A stretch of 64,000 nucleotides of DNA, from positions 1 to 64,000 of the IMG/VR virus record IMGVR_UViG_2974649007_000001. The stretch is one strand, 5' to 3'. The DNA is from a virus. Lineage: Duplodnaviria; Caudoviricetes. The translations under genes and the position numbers were made by a program. Every line of letters starts with the position of its first letter. Positions within the stretch are counted from its first letter, which is position 1. Below are positions 37,630-46,703 of this stretch, in pieces. The notes under the pieces were generated by a model, which was not told the DNA's origin, did not search any database, and saw only the letters and a list, made by a program, of their open reading frames with translations.

Positions 37630-38198
37630 AGCGACTCCACGACGTCGAGGTACTCCTTGAAGTCTTCGCCCTGGTGGTGGCAGTAGGCGAGCTTCTTGCG
37701 CAGGGCCTTGTCGATCGCACCGTCCATGTACTGCTCGTCGGCCAGCAGCGGCAGATCCAGGTGCAGCATGCCGATGGCTGCGCCGACGTCGGTCAGTTCA
37801 CGTAGCAACGCTTCGCCGTTGGTCTCTTGGCTGGCGCCGAACGGGCTGCAGCTCTCCACGCCATGGCGCAGGATCTTGCCGATGACTTGCACCACCTCGC
37901 CGCACTCTTCCATCAGGATGACCAGGCGCTCATGCTGCGCTGGTGTCAGCTGGTTGAACTGCGCGTCAGCCAGCTCACCGATCCACGGTGCCGGCTCAAC
38001 AGCCTGTGGACGCAGGAACAGCTCAGCCTTGCCAGCTGCGCGCTCGAGGCGCTCAATGTCGCCCTCGCAGAGCAGGCCCTTGGTGGTCAGCGTGTCGACC
38101 TCGCTGACCAGCTCCTCAAGGATGCCTGCCACCTCGTTGGTGGAGCCAGGGATGCCCTGCTGGATGTTGCAGTAGCCGTTGAATCGGAAGTTGTTCAT
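37626..38198 (-). CDS. MazG-like NTP pyrophosphohydrolase with an extra N-terminal domain
   Basis: LMEECGEVVQVIGKILRHG...LLRELTDV acidic metal-binding pattern. Confidence 0.7.
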   Translation of the reverse strand: MNNFRFNGYCNIQQGIPGSTNEVAGILEELVSEVDTLTTKGLLCEGDIERLERAAGKAELFLRPQAVEPAPWIGELADAQFNQLTPAQHERLVILMEECGEVVQVIGKILRHGVESCSPFGASQETNGEALLRELTDVGAAIGMLHLDLPLLADEQYMDGAIDKALRKKLAYCHHQGEDFKEYLDVVESL

Positions 38199-39268
38199 GC
38201 CGTCACCTTCTTCACCAGGTCGTTGAACAGCGGCAGCAGGTCGGTGCCTGCCAGGTCTTTGGAGATCCGCGTCTGCAGATCCTCGACGATCACCTCGTTG
38301 AACTCAGTGTCGACGTCTTGCAGGCTGTCCTTGATGTCGACCTTGTTGCGCACGGCGAACATCTCCGTGACGTAGCCAGGCTCGCCTTCAGGTTGGTAGT
38401 AGGACGCCTTCCAGACCTCGCGGATGAACTCGCTGACCTCGACCGCGTTGGCCACGCTGTCGGTGCCGGTGACGTCCACGAACTGCACGCCTTCAAGGTC
38501 GGGGATCTCGCCGCCGATCTTGATCTCACGGTAGTGAGTGGCTGCGGCCCACACCAGCTCCTTGGTCAGCGTTGCCGTCTCCAGCTCGAGGTGGTAGATG
38601 TACTTGTCGCCTATGTCGTGGAAGCTGGTTGGGTGAGTGTTGCCCAGGACAACCACCTGGCCACCCAGATCGACCGAACCGTTGTGCTCGTGGCCGATGA
38701 AGATGAAGTCGAACGCTGCGATCAACTCCTTTGCCAGCTCGCGGCGCAGGTTCAGCGTGTTGTCTTCGGTGGCCAGGTTGAAGTCGTAGTTGCAGTGCAG
38801 GAACAGGTAACTGGCCAGGCCGTCACGGTTGGCTGCAGCGTGCTCTGCGGCGTTGCGCATGGCCTGCTCGAAGACTTCCTGGCTGGCGTGGTGCGGCACC
38901 ATGTACAGCGACTCACGGGCCTCGAAGTAGGGGTTGGTGAGGTCAGGCGTGGCGATGATGTCCAGGCCCTGCTGCTTGAGCAGGCGCAGCGTGGACAGCG
39001 TGCCTTCGCGGTTGGTCTCGTCGTGGTTGCCGGCCAGGACCCACTCGCATTCTTTGGCCACGTCGTGTGCCTGGCCGATGATTACTTCGTTGTTTGTCGA
39101 CTTATCCAGCAGGTCACCGACGCAGACCTTGGGGTAATCACGGTTGTTGACGATGGACATGGCCTGCCAGTACAGGGACATCTGCAGGGCGGCTGACGAC
39201 TCGCGGGTGGTGTGCGCTTGGCGCGCTGTACCGAGGTGCGGGTCTGTAAAGATCGTGATGTTCTTCAT
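38195..39268 (-). CDS. SbcD/Mre11-like metallophosphoesterase nuclease
   Basis: FTDPHLG, VGDLLD, LAGNHD, FLH, IGHEH. Confidence 0.88.
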   Translation of the reverse strand: MKNITIFTDPHLGTARQAHTTRESSAALQMSLYWQAMSIVNNRDYPKVCVGDLLDKSTNNEVIIGQAHDVAKECEWVLAGNHDETNREGTLSTLRLLKQQGLDIIATPDLTNPYFEARESLYMVPHHASQEVFEQAMRNAAEHAAANRDGLASYLFLHCNYDFNLATEDNTLNLRRELAKELIAAFDFIFIGHEHNGSVDLGGQVVVLGNTHPTSFHDIGDKYIYHLELETATLTKELVWAAATHYREIKIGGEIPDLEGVQFVDVTGTDSVANAVEVSEFIREVWKASYYQPEGEPGYVTEMFAVRNKVDIKDSLQDVDTEFNEVIVEDLQTRISKDLAGTDLLPLFNDLVKKVTA

Positions 39269-39288
39269 GGGTAGTCCTTATGGGAACC

Positions 39289-39310
39289 CGGACTGCGATC
39301 GCAGCCCGGT
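39289..39310 (-). terminator. Hairpin/possible terminator after the ligase gene
   Basis: ccggactgcgatcgcagcccgg near-palindrome with a poor U-tract. Confidence 0.4.
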
Positions 39311-39318
39311 GACGCGGT

Positions 39319-40473
39319 TTAGAGAGGGTTGTACCAGCACTTGGCGGTGGCGATGTTCGGGATGCCGTCCGGCGTGAAGCCGAAGTGGGCGATGGTCAGC
39401 ATGCGGCCCATGTTCTCGCCGCGCACCAGGGCTTCCCACTCGGCGTGCTTCTCCGGCACCGTACCGTGCGCTGTAGCCTTGGCCGTCTTGATGCCAGTCG
39501 GGGTTTCGACTTCGTAGATGAACTTGGGAATCTGGTAGACGACACCCTTGACGGTGGCTTCCTTGGCCAGTTCCCAGCCTACAACTTTCACCTCGAAGTC
39601 ACTGAAATCCTTCAGCTTTACCAGTTTTTTCGTGCGCTTGCCGTCTTCGTAGCCTTCGCGGCCCCAGCGCAGGATGCTGCCCTCGTAGCCTTCCTTCACC
39701 CACTTGCGGTGCCAGACCATGGCCTCGGCCAGGTTGCGCACCTTGTGGGTTTCCACGAGCTGCAGCCGAACGTCCAGGCCGGACAGCCAGGAGGCTGCAA
39801 AGGCGTCTGCGACCCGCGCATAGCGGTCTTCAAACGGCTGGTCGCTAACGCAGTCATAGACCACGTAGGTCAGAGCCTTGGATTCTTCGCGGGGCTTGGT
39901 GATCAGGCTGCCGATCGCCTGCAGCGTCATGCCGTGGATGTACAGCTCACCGTCCAGGTGCAGGGCATCCAGTGACGGGTTCGCTTTGATGATGTCCTGG
40001 ATGTGCTGTACGTTGTGCCCCACACCGCCGCGGCTGTAGATGAAGTCGTCGCTCAGGCAGCGGTGACCGTCGAACTTGCGCTGCACGAAGGCGTTGTCCC
40101 AGTCGATCTCGTCGATGTCGACCTTCTTCAGCGGCTCAGCCAGCATCGGCAGCTTCTTGCCCAGGCCGTTGGTCTTCGGCGCGTCTGCTTCTTCGATGGT
40201 GGCGACGTAGCCGAGGCGCAGCTGCTTGTCTACGCGGGAGTTCAGCTCGCTGACAGCTTGATCGTAGGCTGTGGTTTCGTTGGCACGACCAAGGTTCTTT
40301 CCCTTCACAGCCGAGAACTTCTCGACCACGGCGCCGTCCATGGTCTTGGCGAAGCGGAGCACCAGGCGGGCGGTGTCATCCGGCAGACCTTCAGCGGTGA
40401 TTTCCCACCAGCCTACCGTCTTGCCGTGGTTCTTGAACAAACGCTTCTTTGAGAGCAGTACGTTATCAGTCAT
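39319..40473 (-). CDS. ATP-dependent DNA ligase
   Basis: Motif I QRKFDGHR, III LDGELY, IIIa YVVYD, IV YEGSILR, V VKLK. N-terminal extension present. Confidence 0.9.
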   Translation of the reverse strand: MTDNVLLSKKRLFKNHGKTVGWWEITAEGLPDDTARLVLRFAKTMDGAVVEKFSAVKGKNLGRANETTAYDQAVSELNSRVDKQLRLGYVATIEEADAPKTNGLGKKLPMLAEPLKKVDIDEIDWDNAFVQRKFDGHRCLSDDFIYSRGGVGHNVQHIQDIIKANPSLDALHLDGELYIHGMTLQAIGSLITKPREESKALTYVVYDCVSDQPFEDRYARVADAFAASWLSGLDVRLQLVETHKVRNLAEAMVWHRKWVKEGYEGSILRWGREGYEDGKRTKKLVKLKDFSDFEVKVVGWELAKEATVKGVVYQIPKFIYEVETPTGIKTAKATAHGTVPEKHAEWEALVRGENMGRMLTIAHFGFTPDGIPNIATAKCWYNPL

Positions 40474-40493
40474 TTTCCGCAGTCCTTAAATTA

Positions 40494-40519
40494 GAAACCC
40501 CGCTACTTAGCGGGATTTG
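40494..40519. promoter_or_regulatory. Operator-like pseudo-palindrome gaaaccccgcta-ct-tagcgggatttg
   Basis: Best-conserved member of the family. Lies upstream of the ligase gene and could also act as a terminator. Confidence 0.55.
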
Positions 40520-41028
40520 TTAAGCGTATCAGCATATGGAGGGATCTGGAAGTAGTCGATCAGGAGGTCAGCCACGCGCTGCTTTTGCAGCTTGTTGATC
40601 ACCCCCACGCCTGTCCAGGTTGCGAGGAGAAACTTCTTGTCGATCCGGCTTGTGTCGTGAACAGCCATCCCGTCCCACAGTTGCATCACCCCGTCCTGTG
40701 AATCCCAGAACAGGATGTAGTAGGGGATGCCCAGCATAGCGCGGAACCTGCCGATGGCTCCGCGCTGCGCCGGCCTTACAGCGTCCTTGGGCATTGAGTG
40801 GTACTTCTCGCTGGCCTTGACCTCGAGGAAGCACAACCGCTGCCCATCCTGCAGGTTACCGCTGCCCGAAGGCAGCCCAAGCAGGTAGTCACTCGGCTGA
40901 TCAGCGACCACTGAGCCTGCGGCGGCGGTGTCCGTGAGGCGATGGAAGCTCACCAGGCGCTGCTCAAACAGCATCCTGAAGACCAAGACCATCTCCTTCT
41001 CGAACACGCCGCCGATGCTCGCAGCCAT
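40507..41028 (-). CDS. PD-(D/E)xK nuclease, RecU-like Holliday junction resolvase
   Basis: GGVFE...QPSDYL...FLEVKAS pattern. Confidence 0.65.
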   Translation of the reverse strand: MAASIGGVFEKEMVLVFRMLFEQRLVSFHRLTDTAAAGSVVADQPSDYLLGLPSGSGNLQDGQRLCFLEVKASEKYHSMPKDAVRPAQRGAIGRFRAMLGIPYYILFWDSQDGVMQLWDGMAVHDTSRIDKKFLLATWTGVGVINKLQKQRVADLLIDYFQIPPYADTLNKSR

Positions 41029-41630
41029 CAGAAACGCCCCAACAGCTCGTCGACGATGCCCATCAGCTTCATGTCGAAGTCGAACAGCGTGCCGTCGTTG
41101 ACGATGGTGTGGGTGATGTAGTGACGGCTGATGCCCTTCTCGCTCTGGTGGCCGGCGATGCCGACTACCGACTTGAGCTTTTCACCCAGCGTCTTCTGCT
41201 CCGGCCGGACGATCTCCAGGATCACCCCGCCGTTGAGCTGAATCCACTCGGCTTCCGAGTCGAAGCGCACATCGCTAAGGATCATCCCCCGCGCCATGTA
41301 GCTGGCTATGGTGCCGTTCTGCACCAGTGTATTGCCCTCGCTGACCTCCCGCCAGCGCCGCGCCACCAGATTCACCCACACCTGTGGGTTCATCATCTCG
41401 CGGCCCCACTCCGTGCCGAGTGTCTGCATCATTACCCGGAACGACTTGCAGGTTTCAGGACAGATACCGCTGCGATCGCCTTCATGGAAGTGGTCACCGA
41501 AGACCGACTTCAGCATGGTCTTCAGCGGCTCCGCGAAGGCGTACTTGTACAGCTGCATCTCCTTGGCCAGGTAGTCAGATGCGTGGTCTTTACCGGACCT
41601 GGCCAGTCCGGTCACGCCTACCAGCATCAT
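41028..41630 (-). CDS. Deoxynucleoside monophosphate kinase
   Basis: VGVTGLARSGKD, FAEPLK, RVMMQTLGTEWGR, SDVRFDSE, HQSE, NDGT. Confidence 0.88.
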   Translation of the reverse strand: MMLVGVTGLARSGKDHASDYLAKEMQLYKYAFAEPLKTMLKSVFGDHFHEGDRSGICPETCKSFRVMMQTLGTEWGREMMNPQVWVNLVARRWREVSEGNTLVQNGTIASYMARGMILSDVRFDSEAEWIQLNGGVILEIVRPEQKTLGEKLKSVVGIAGHQSEKGISRHYITHTIVNDGTLFDFDMKLMGIVDELLGRF

Positions 41631-42373
41631 ATTGCTTGCGCCAGGCGCAGATACAGCGCCTCGCGCAACTCGGTGGAGAACAGCATCTCGCACTTGTCGC
41701 TGAGCAGCCACTTGCAGTAGGACTGGTCAAGGTTTTTCACCTTGCTGCCCTTGTGCTTGCCGAAGCCGATCTTCATGTCGAGGGTGCCGTCTTCGCCCTT
41801 CATCCAGACCATCAGCTCGTCGAGGGTCTCGACCTTGGCCCAGCTGAACAGCGGCTTGATGCACTTCAGGGTGGCGTCCACGTCGACCGAGGCGTCGTGG
41901 GCGCCGCTCATGGGCTCACCGATCAGGTGCTCGTAGAAGTGAACCAGCTTGGCGCTCGGCCACTTGTGTTCGGTCTTCAGCTTGCGGGCTGCCTTCATCA
42001 GGTCAATCGACTTCGGTGCCTGAAAACCTACCCGGGCAGCGATGCGGTTGTCGAAGGAGGCGCTGTTGTAGCCGATGACCGCGTCGAGTTTCATCTCGTT
42101 GACGGTCTGCATTTGCTCGCCCAGGTACTTCTCCCACGGCAGCTCGTCCACCAGGTCGTGGGCATAGTAGCCGTGGACCTTGGAGGCTTCCGGGTGGATG
42201 TCCATGCCGGGGTTGAGCAGCATGAGGTCCTTGTCCTCGACGCTGAACGTGCCGTCCTGGTGGAGGTTCACGATCCACAGGGCCGACTGGAGCACGCCGC
42301 AGGTGCCTGCGTCGACGCCGGTGGTCTCGTAGTCGTGAGCCAGTGCTCTGACGCTCTGTCCGTTAAAGCTCAT
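41627..42373 (-). CDS. DEDDh 3'-5' exonuclease (ExoX-like) with a DUF3820-like C-terminal domain
   Basis: HDYETTG, IGYNSASFD, AHDASVDV, FGKHKG...SYCKWLL. Confidence 0.85.
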   Translation of the reverse strand: MSFNGQSVRALAHDYETTGVDAGTCGVLQSALWIVNLHQDGTFSVEDKDLMLLNPGMDIHPEASKVHGYYAHDLVDELPWEKYLGEQMQTVNEMKLDAVIGYNSASFDNRIAARVGFQAPKSIDLMKAARKLKTEHKWPSAKLVHFYEHLIGEPMSGAHDASVDVDATLKCIKPLFSWAKVETLDELMVWMKGEDGTLDMKIGFGKHKGSKVKNLDQSYCKWLLSDKCEMLFSTELREALYLRLAQAI

Positions 42374-42774
42374 GATGCGGTTCCTTGTGCGGTGAAAAAC
42401 TGTTTATGGATGGCAGGCCACTTCTTGCGCAGTACCTCGATACGCCGCATCAGCAGGCTTTCAGCGTGCTGGGCGTTGCGCAGTAACAGCCGGGTCTTCT
42501 GCAGATCCTCGAGCAGCCGGGTGTTCTCCGCGAGCATCTTGTCGATGTCGAGGATCGAACCGTCTGGCAGGTAGACCGCTGTGGGATCAGGCAGCTTGTC
42601 AGCCGTGGTTACGAGGAGCGGTTGCCCCGGCACCTTGTAGCCGACCGCGATGGGCCGGCCTGGCTCGGTTCGGTTGATAGGGCCGTCAGGGAGGCTGTTG
42701 ACAGCCTCCTTGAACTTCTCCCACCAGCCGCCTTTAGTCGGCGATGATTTCAACTTCAGCCTCCTCGTCTTCAT
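42370..42774 (-). CDS. Hypothetical protein (start uncertain)
   Basis: C-terminal coiled coil coupled to the exonuclease start. The 5' end overlaps the polymerase gene by 41 nt. Confidence 0.4.
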   Translation of the reverse strand: MKTRRLKLKSSPTKGGWWEKFKEAVNSLPDGPINRTEPGRPIAVGYKVPGQPLLVTTADKLPDPTAVYLPDGSILDIDKMLAENTRLLEDLQKTRLLLRNAQHAESLLMRRIEVLRKKWPAIHKQFFTAQGTAS

Positions 42775-45700
42775 CCAGCTCGACGTAGGTTGGTTTGCGG
42801 ATAGGATCGAACGGCTGAATCAGGTCTTTCTCCCAGATGTCCGTCCCTTCCTCGAGCGCTCGAGCAACAAACTTGGCGACGTTCTCTTTCGAGATGTCGC
42901 GGCCCAGCTCCCGCACTCTACCCCAGTCGGCGCCGATAGAAAACTCCGGCACTTGGCGAACTTTGTGCCCAGGAGGTGTCGACTCTTCCATGTACCGCCC
43001 GACTTCCTGGCAGTAGTCGTACACGTCGTCTTTATGCACCCACGACACCACTTCGTCGTAGATCGGTGCGAAGAACACCATGCGCAGCCGGTCCATGATG
43101 CCGCTCTCGGCGATGCGGGTCAGCACGATGCGCAACATCTGCGCTGCCGAGCCCTGGATCGTGGCGTTGGTGCCCTGGCGATGCTGCCTGGCCACCTTGC
43201 CCTTGTCCTCGCTGAAGATGTCGTTGGTGGCGTGACGCTTGGTGCCGAAGGCCGTCAGCGTGTAGCCGTGCTGCTCCATGAACCTCCCGGTCTCTTCCTG
43301 CCAAGGACGAATCCGGGTGTACAGCTCGAAGGTGCCGTCCAGCAAGGCCTTGGCTTCTTCGACCGGCACGATCAGGTTGCGGGACAGCGTGCCTGCACCA
43401 GCACCGTAGGCCATACCGAAGTTTACGGTCTTGGCCTTGCCGCGAATCGCCACGGTGATCTTGTTCAGCGGGTGGTTCTCGTCGTCCTTGGCCGCGATGA
43501 AGTCCTCATAGGACTTCTTGGCGATGCCCGAGCCGGTCATGCTGTGCAAGTCCTTCTCGTTGGCCGGATCGTAAACCGACATCATCACCGGATCGTTGGC
43601 CAGGTTGGCCATCAGCCGGATCTCTTGCCCGTTGAAGTCGATTGCCACCGCGACATAGTCAGGGTGCGGCGGGATGTAGATCGTCCGCATGACCTTGCCT
43701 TCGCCGCGTTTCGCCACTGCCAGGATGTTCGGCGAGCTGCCGGTAGGCCTGGTGGTGTCGGTGCCAGCGTCGGTGATGGTCGGGTGGACCTTGCCGTCGA
43801 CGTGCCGCCACATCGGGTACTTGTCGTGGTAGAGGCTGCAGCGTGTATTGGCCGACTTGACCCGACGAAGGATGGTCAGCGCATCACGCTGCCAGCATTC
43901 CTCGAGCACGTCGTTCGCCAGCGCTGTGAGGATCGCCTGCTCGTCTGTCGACGGGCCTGCTTCCTTGATGCCGACGGACAGCCGGCCGACGCCTGCCTTC
44001 TTGCCGCGCAGCTTGACCGGGATACCGATCTTGCAATACAGCAGGTGCTGCATCTGCACCGGGCTGCCCACGTTCAGCGGGTCGCCGAACTTGACCACGG
44101 TTGGCTTGACATCGGCATGGTGCTGCACCAGGCGACCGAACTCTTCGTAGGCCTTTTCAGCCTTCTCGAGCTTGGCGTAAGCCTTGTCGTCCTGCGTTTC
44201 CTCGGCCTTCTTGCGCAGTTCGGTGACCTTCATGGCACCGTCTGCGATCGCCGCAGCCATTGCCTTGATGAACGCCCGCTGCTCGCCGTTGACCAGCCAC
44301 TCGTCCTCGAACCCCGCGGCTCCGGACTCCTGATACCAGGCTGCGATCGCAGTCTGCGTCAGCTTCTCCAGCACCGGCAGGCCCAGCTTTTCAATCGCCG
44401 GTGCCAGCTGCTTCTCGGTGAAGGCGAACGACGGCATCACGTTCTCTTCCCGGTACGGCGTGTATTGGCAGGACGCTTCCAGCTTCTTGCGCCACTCAGC
44501 CACCTTGCCCTTGGCCACGTCGACGTTGCCGTCGGCTTTTTTCTTGGCCGCGCGGAACACATAGTCCTGCTCGGCGTCGATCAGCGTCTTGCAGCCGTTG
44601 GTGATGTTGCCGGTGACGTTCTTCTCGAGGATCTCGCGCAGCTCAATCATGCCCTCCTCGATGGTCTTCAAGTCCTGGGCATGGATGCGCTTCTGCGCTG
44701 CCCAGTTCATGTCGACGCCAGCCACGTAGGCTCGCTGCAGCACCTCGGTAGGCTTCACAGCCCAACGGCGGTAGAACTCCCACTGCCCGTCCAGCTTGAG
44801 CAGCAGCTTGAGCAGATCGTACAGGCTGCCGGTGACCAGGGAGTCGTCGGCGCCGTAGCTGAGGGTTTCCTCGGCGGTCAGCTCGCACATCATGCTGGCG
44901 CCATCACCGTCGTTGCCCTTGGCCAGGGTGTCGTGGAACGACTCCTGCTCGTAGGCCAGGTAGCTCAGCGACAAGGCCTTCAGGCCCGCTTCCATGTTCT
45001 CGTCGTAGAAGCGTTGCATCATGCGGGTGTCGTGGATGTCCTTGAGCCAGACTTCCAGGTTGGTCTGGGTCACCACACCCTCGAACATGGCGTTGTGAGC
45101 CACGCGCTGGGTGTGCTTGCCAGCGAACTCGAGGATCTCGAGGATCACTTCCTTGTTCACGTTGTTCGAGGCACGGTGGTCAACCGGAACGTAGATCACG
45201 TTCTCCAGGTGGCGACCGAAGTTGAACGACGCCCCGGCCAGCACCTGGCTGAGCATATCGACGTAGTTGCCGCCCTGCGTGGAGGCGATGCGGAAGTCCC
45301 GCACCTGGGTCTTGTCGGAGGACTCATAGTCGAACGCGGTAACGTCGCCCGCTTTGATCTTGGCGAAGATGGCGTCCTTCAGTTCCGCCCAGTTGGTCGA
45401 GTCGACCAGCATTGGCGTCGGCACCAAGCCGCTGTATTCGTCTTCCCACATGTCCTCGCAGCCGATCTCTTTCAGGCATTCGTACAGCAGCCTGGCGTTC
45501 GGCACACGCTTGAGGATCTTCGGCTTCACCAGCTTACGCAGGCGAGGCTTCCAGCACAGCTCCGGCTTCAGGCAGGCCAGGCGCCAGCCCAGCTTCCAGT
45601 CGGAGAAGTTTTCTTTCAGCTTGATCAGGTTCTTGTCGCCGGACGCCTCGATAGCCTCGTCCAGCAGGTCGGTGTTGCCGCTGTCCACGATGGCAGCCAG

Positions 45701-46384
45701 CTCGTCCAGACCGTCGATGCCCACGGACTTGATCAGCGCGTGGATCTTCGCCGGACCCATGCCCTTGACGCCTTTGTAGTTGTCAGAGTCATCGCCGATG
45801 ATCGACTTGACGAAGCTGGTCAGCCGGTAAGGCACGCCGGCCAGCTCGTGGTCTTCAGGGTAAACACCGTTGGTGCCGTGGTACGGCACGCCCTTGATGT
45901 TCACGATGGTGTCGTCATCCACCAGCACCAGCATGTCCTGGTCGACGGTGTGGATGTCCTTGGGGCCTTCGATCATCTTGCAGATCCAGCCGATCACGTC
46001 GTCCGCTTCCACCTGGTCAACCAGGATCTGGGTGGCGCCGATGGCTGCGAAGAACTTGCGGGCCCAGATCATCAGCTCTTTGTACTGAGCGATCTCGATA
46101 GGGCTTTTGTTCTTGTCGTCTTTTGATGCCTGGCCTTTGTAGTCCTTGTAGATGCCAGTCCGGTACGCTTTGCCGCCATCGTGGGCGACGATCATCTCGC
46201 GCGGGGAACCCCCAGCCACGAGGATGGGGCGAATGTAGCGGGTCAGAAAGTCCGCTGCGCCAGCCTGCCACTCGGCAAACTTGCGGTCGAGCTTCACACA
46301 GTGCAGCGACTTCTCGCTGACACCGTAGTAGGCGTGCTTGATGCACGCCCTGAAGTCGATGATCTGAAGGGGTTGGTCAGCCAT
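42734..46384 (-). CDS. polA: Family A DNA polymerase with fused 5'-3' exonuclease (Pol I-like)
   Basis: 5' exonuclease (IIDFR, VEADDVIG, GDDSDNYKGVKGMGP), 3' exonuclease (AFDYES, HNAMFE, YGADD), motif A DFNGQEIR, motif B KTVNFGMAYG, motif C variant IYDE. ATG 46384 after SD aaggag. Confidence 0.92.
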   Translation of the reverse strand: MADQPLQIIDFRACIKHAYYGVSEKSLHCVKLDRKFAEWQAGAADFLTRYIRPILVAGGSPREMIVAHDGGKAYRTGIYKDYKGQASKDDKNKSPIEIAQYKELMIWARKFFAAIGATQILVDQVEADDVIGWICKMIEGPKDIHTVDQDMLVLVDDDTIVNIKGVPYHGTNGVYPEDHELAGVPYRLTSFVKSIIGDDSDNYKGVKGMGPAKIHALIKSVGIDGLDELAAIVDSGNTDLLDEAIEASGDKNLIKLKENFSDWKLGWRLACLKPELCWKPRLRKLVKPKILKRVPNARLLYECLKEIGCEDMWEDEYSGLVPTPMLVDSTNWAELKDAIFAKIKAGDVTAFDYESSDKTQVRDFRIASTQGGNYVDMLSQVLAGASFNFGRHLENVIYVPVDHRASNNVNKEVILEILEFAGKHTQRVAHNAMFEGVVTQTNLEVWLKDIHDTRMMQRFYDENMEAGLKALSLSYLAYEQESFHDTLAKGNDGDGASMMCELTAEETLSYGADDSLVTGSLYDLLKLLLKLDGQWEFYRRWAVKPTEVLQRAYVAGVDMNWAAQKRIHAQDLKTIEEGMIELREILEKNVTGNITNGCKTLIDAEQDYVFRAAKKKADGNVDVAKGKVAEWRKKLEASCQYTPYREENVMPSFAFTEKQLAPAIEKLGLPVLEKLTQTAIAAWYQESGAAGFEDEWLVNGEQRAFIKAMAAAIADGAMKVTELRKKAEETQDDKAYAKLEKAEKAYEEFGRLVQHHADVKPTVVKFGDPLNVGSPVQMQHLLYCKIGIPVKLRGKKAGVGRLSVGIKEAGPSTDEQAILTALANDVLEECWQRDALTILRRVKSANTRCSLYHDKYPMWRHVDGKVHPTITDAGTDTTRPTGSSPNILAVAKRGEGKVMRTIYIPPHPDYVAVAIDFNGQEIRLMANLANDPVMMSVYDPANEKDLHSMTGSGIAKKSYEDFIAAKDDENHPLNKITVAIRGKAKTVNFGMAYGAGAGTLSRNLIVPVEEAKALLDGTFELYTRIRPWQEETGRFMEQHGYTLTAFGTKRHATNDIFSEDKGKVARQHRQGTNATIQGSAAQMLRIVLTRIAESGIMDRLRMVFFAPIYDEVVSWVHKDDVYDYCQEVGRYMEESTPPGHKVRQVPEFSIGADWGRVRELGRDISKENVAKFVARALEEGTDIWEKDLIQPFDPIRKPTYVELDEDEEAEVEIIAD

Positions 46385-46386
46385 AG

Positions 46387-46701
46387 TTACTCCTTGGTCG
46401 GCATCACTGCCAGGGCAGGAGACGGTTTCTGTACGTGGAGGGCGTGGACAACGAAGCCACCGCCTGCCATCAGCACGGTGCCCAGGCTGGTGTAGTGGAA
46501 GCCTTCCGGCAGTTCTTCGCCGGTGACGCAGACGTAAACGTCCTCGGCCACGGCCTGCTCGGCTGTGTCGACCAGCTGCCACAGCTGCAAGGGCGCAGGC
46601 TGCCCAGGCTGGTGGGCTACGTGGCAGTTGTACTTCAGCCCACCAGGGATGCGCAGCGTGTTGGCACCTGTCTGCAGGGGAAACTTGAGCATTGCTTTCA
46701 T
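46387..46701 (-). CDS. Hypothetical protein
   Basis: MKAMLKFPL...LWQLVD...TG...YTSLGTV...VVHALH. ATG 46701. Confidence 0.6.
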   Translation of the reverse strand: MKAMLKFPLQTGANTLRIPGGLKYNCHVAHQPGQPAPLQLWQLVDTAEQAVAEDVYVCVTGEELPEGFHYTSLGTVLMAGGGFVVHALHVQKPSPALAVMPTKE

Positions 46702-46703
46702 GA

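Noticed and set aside
41631-41711. Extended N-terminus of the dNMP kinase in the ORF track, and similar extensions at 3058-3393, 17635-17724, 46385-46582 and 46702-47136
   Set aside because: These overlap upstream genes. SD-supported starts coupled to the upstream stop codons give the expected family N-termini.
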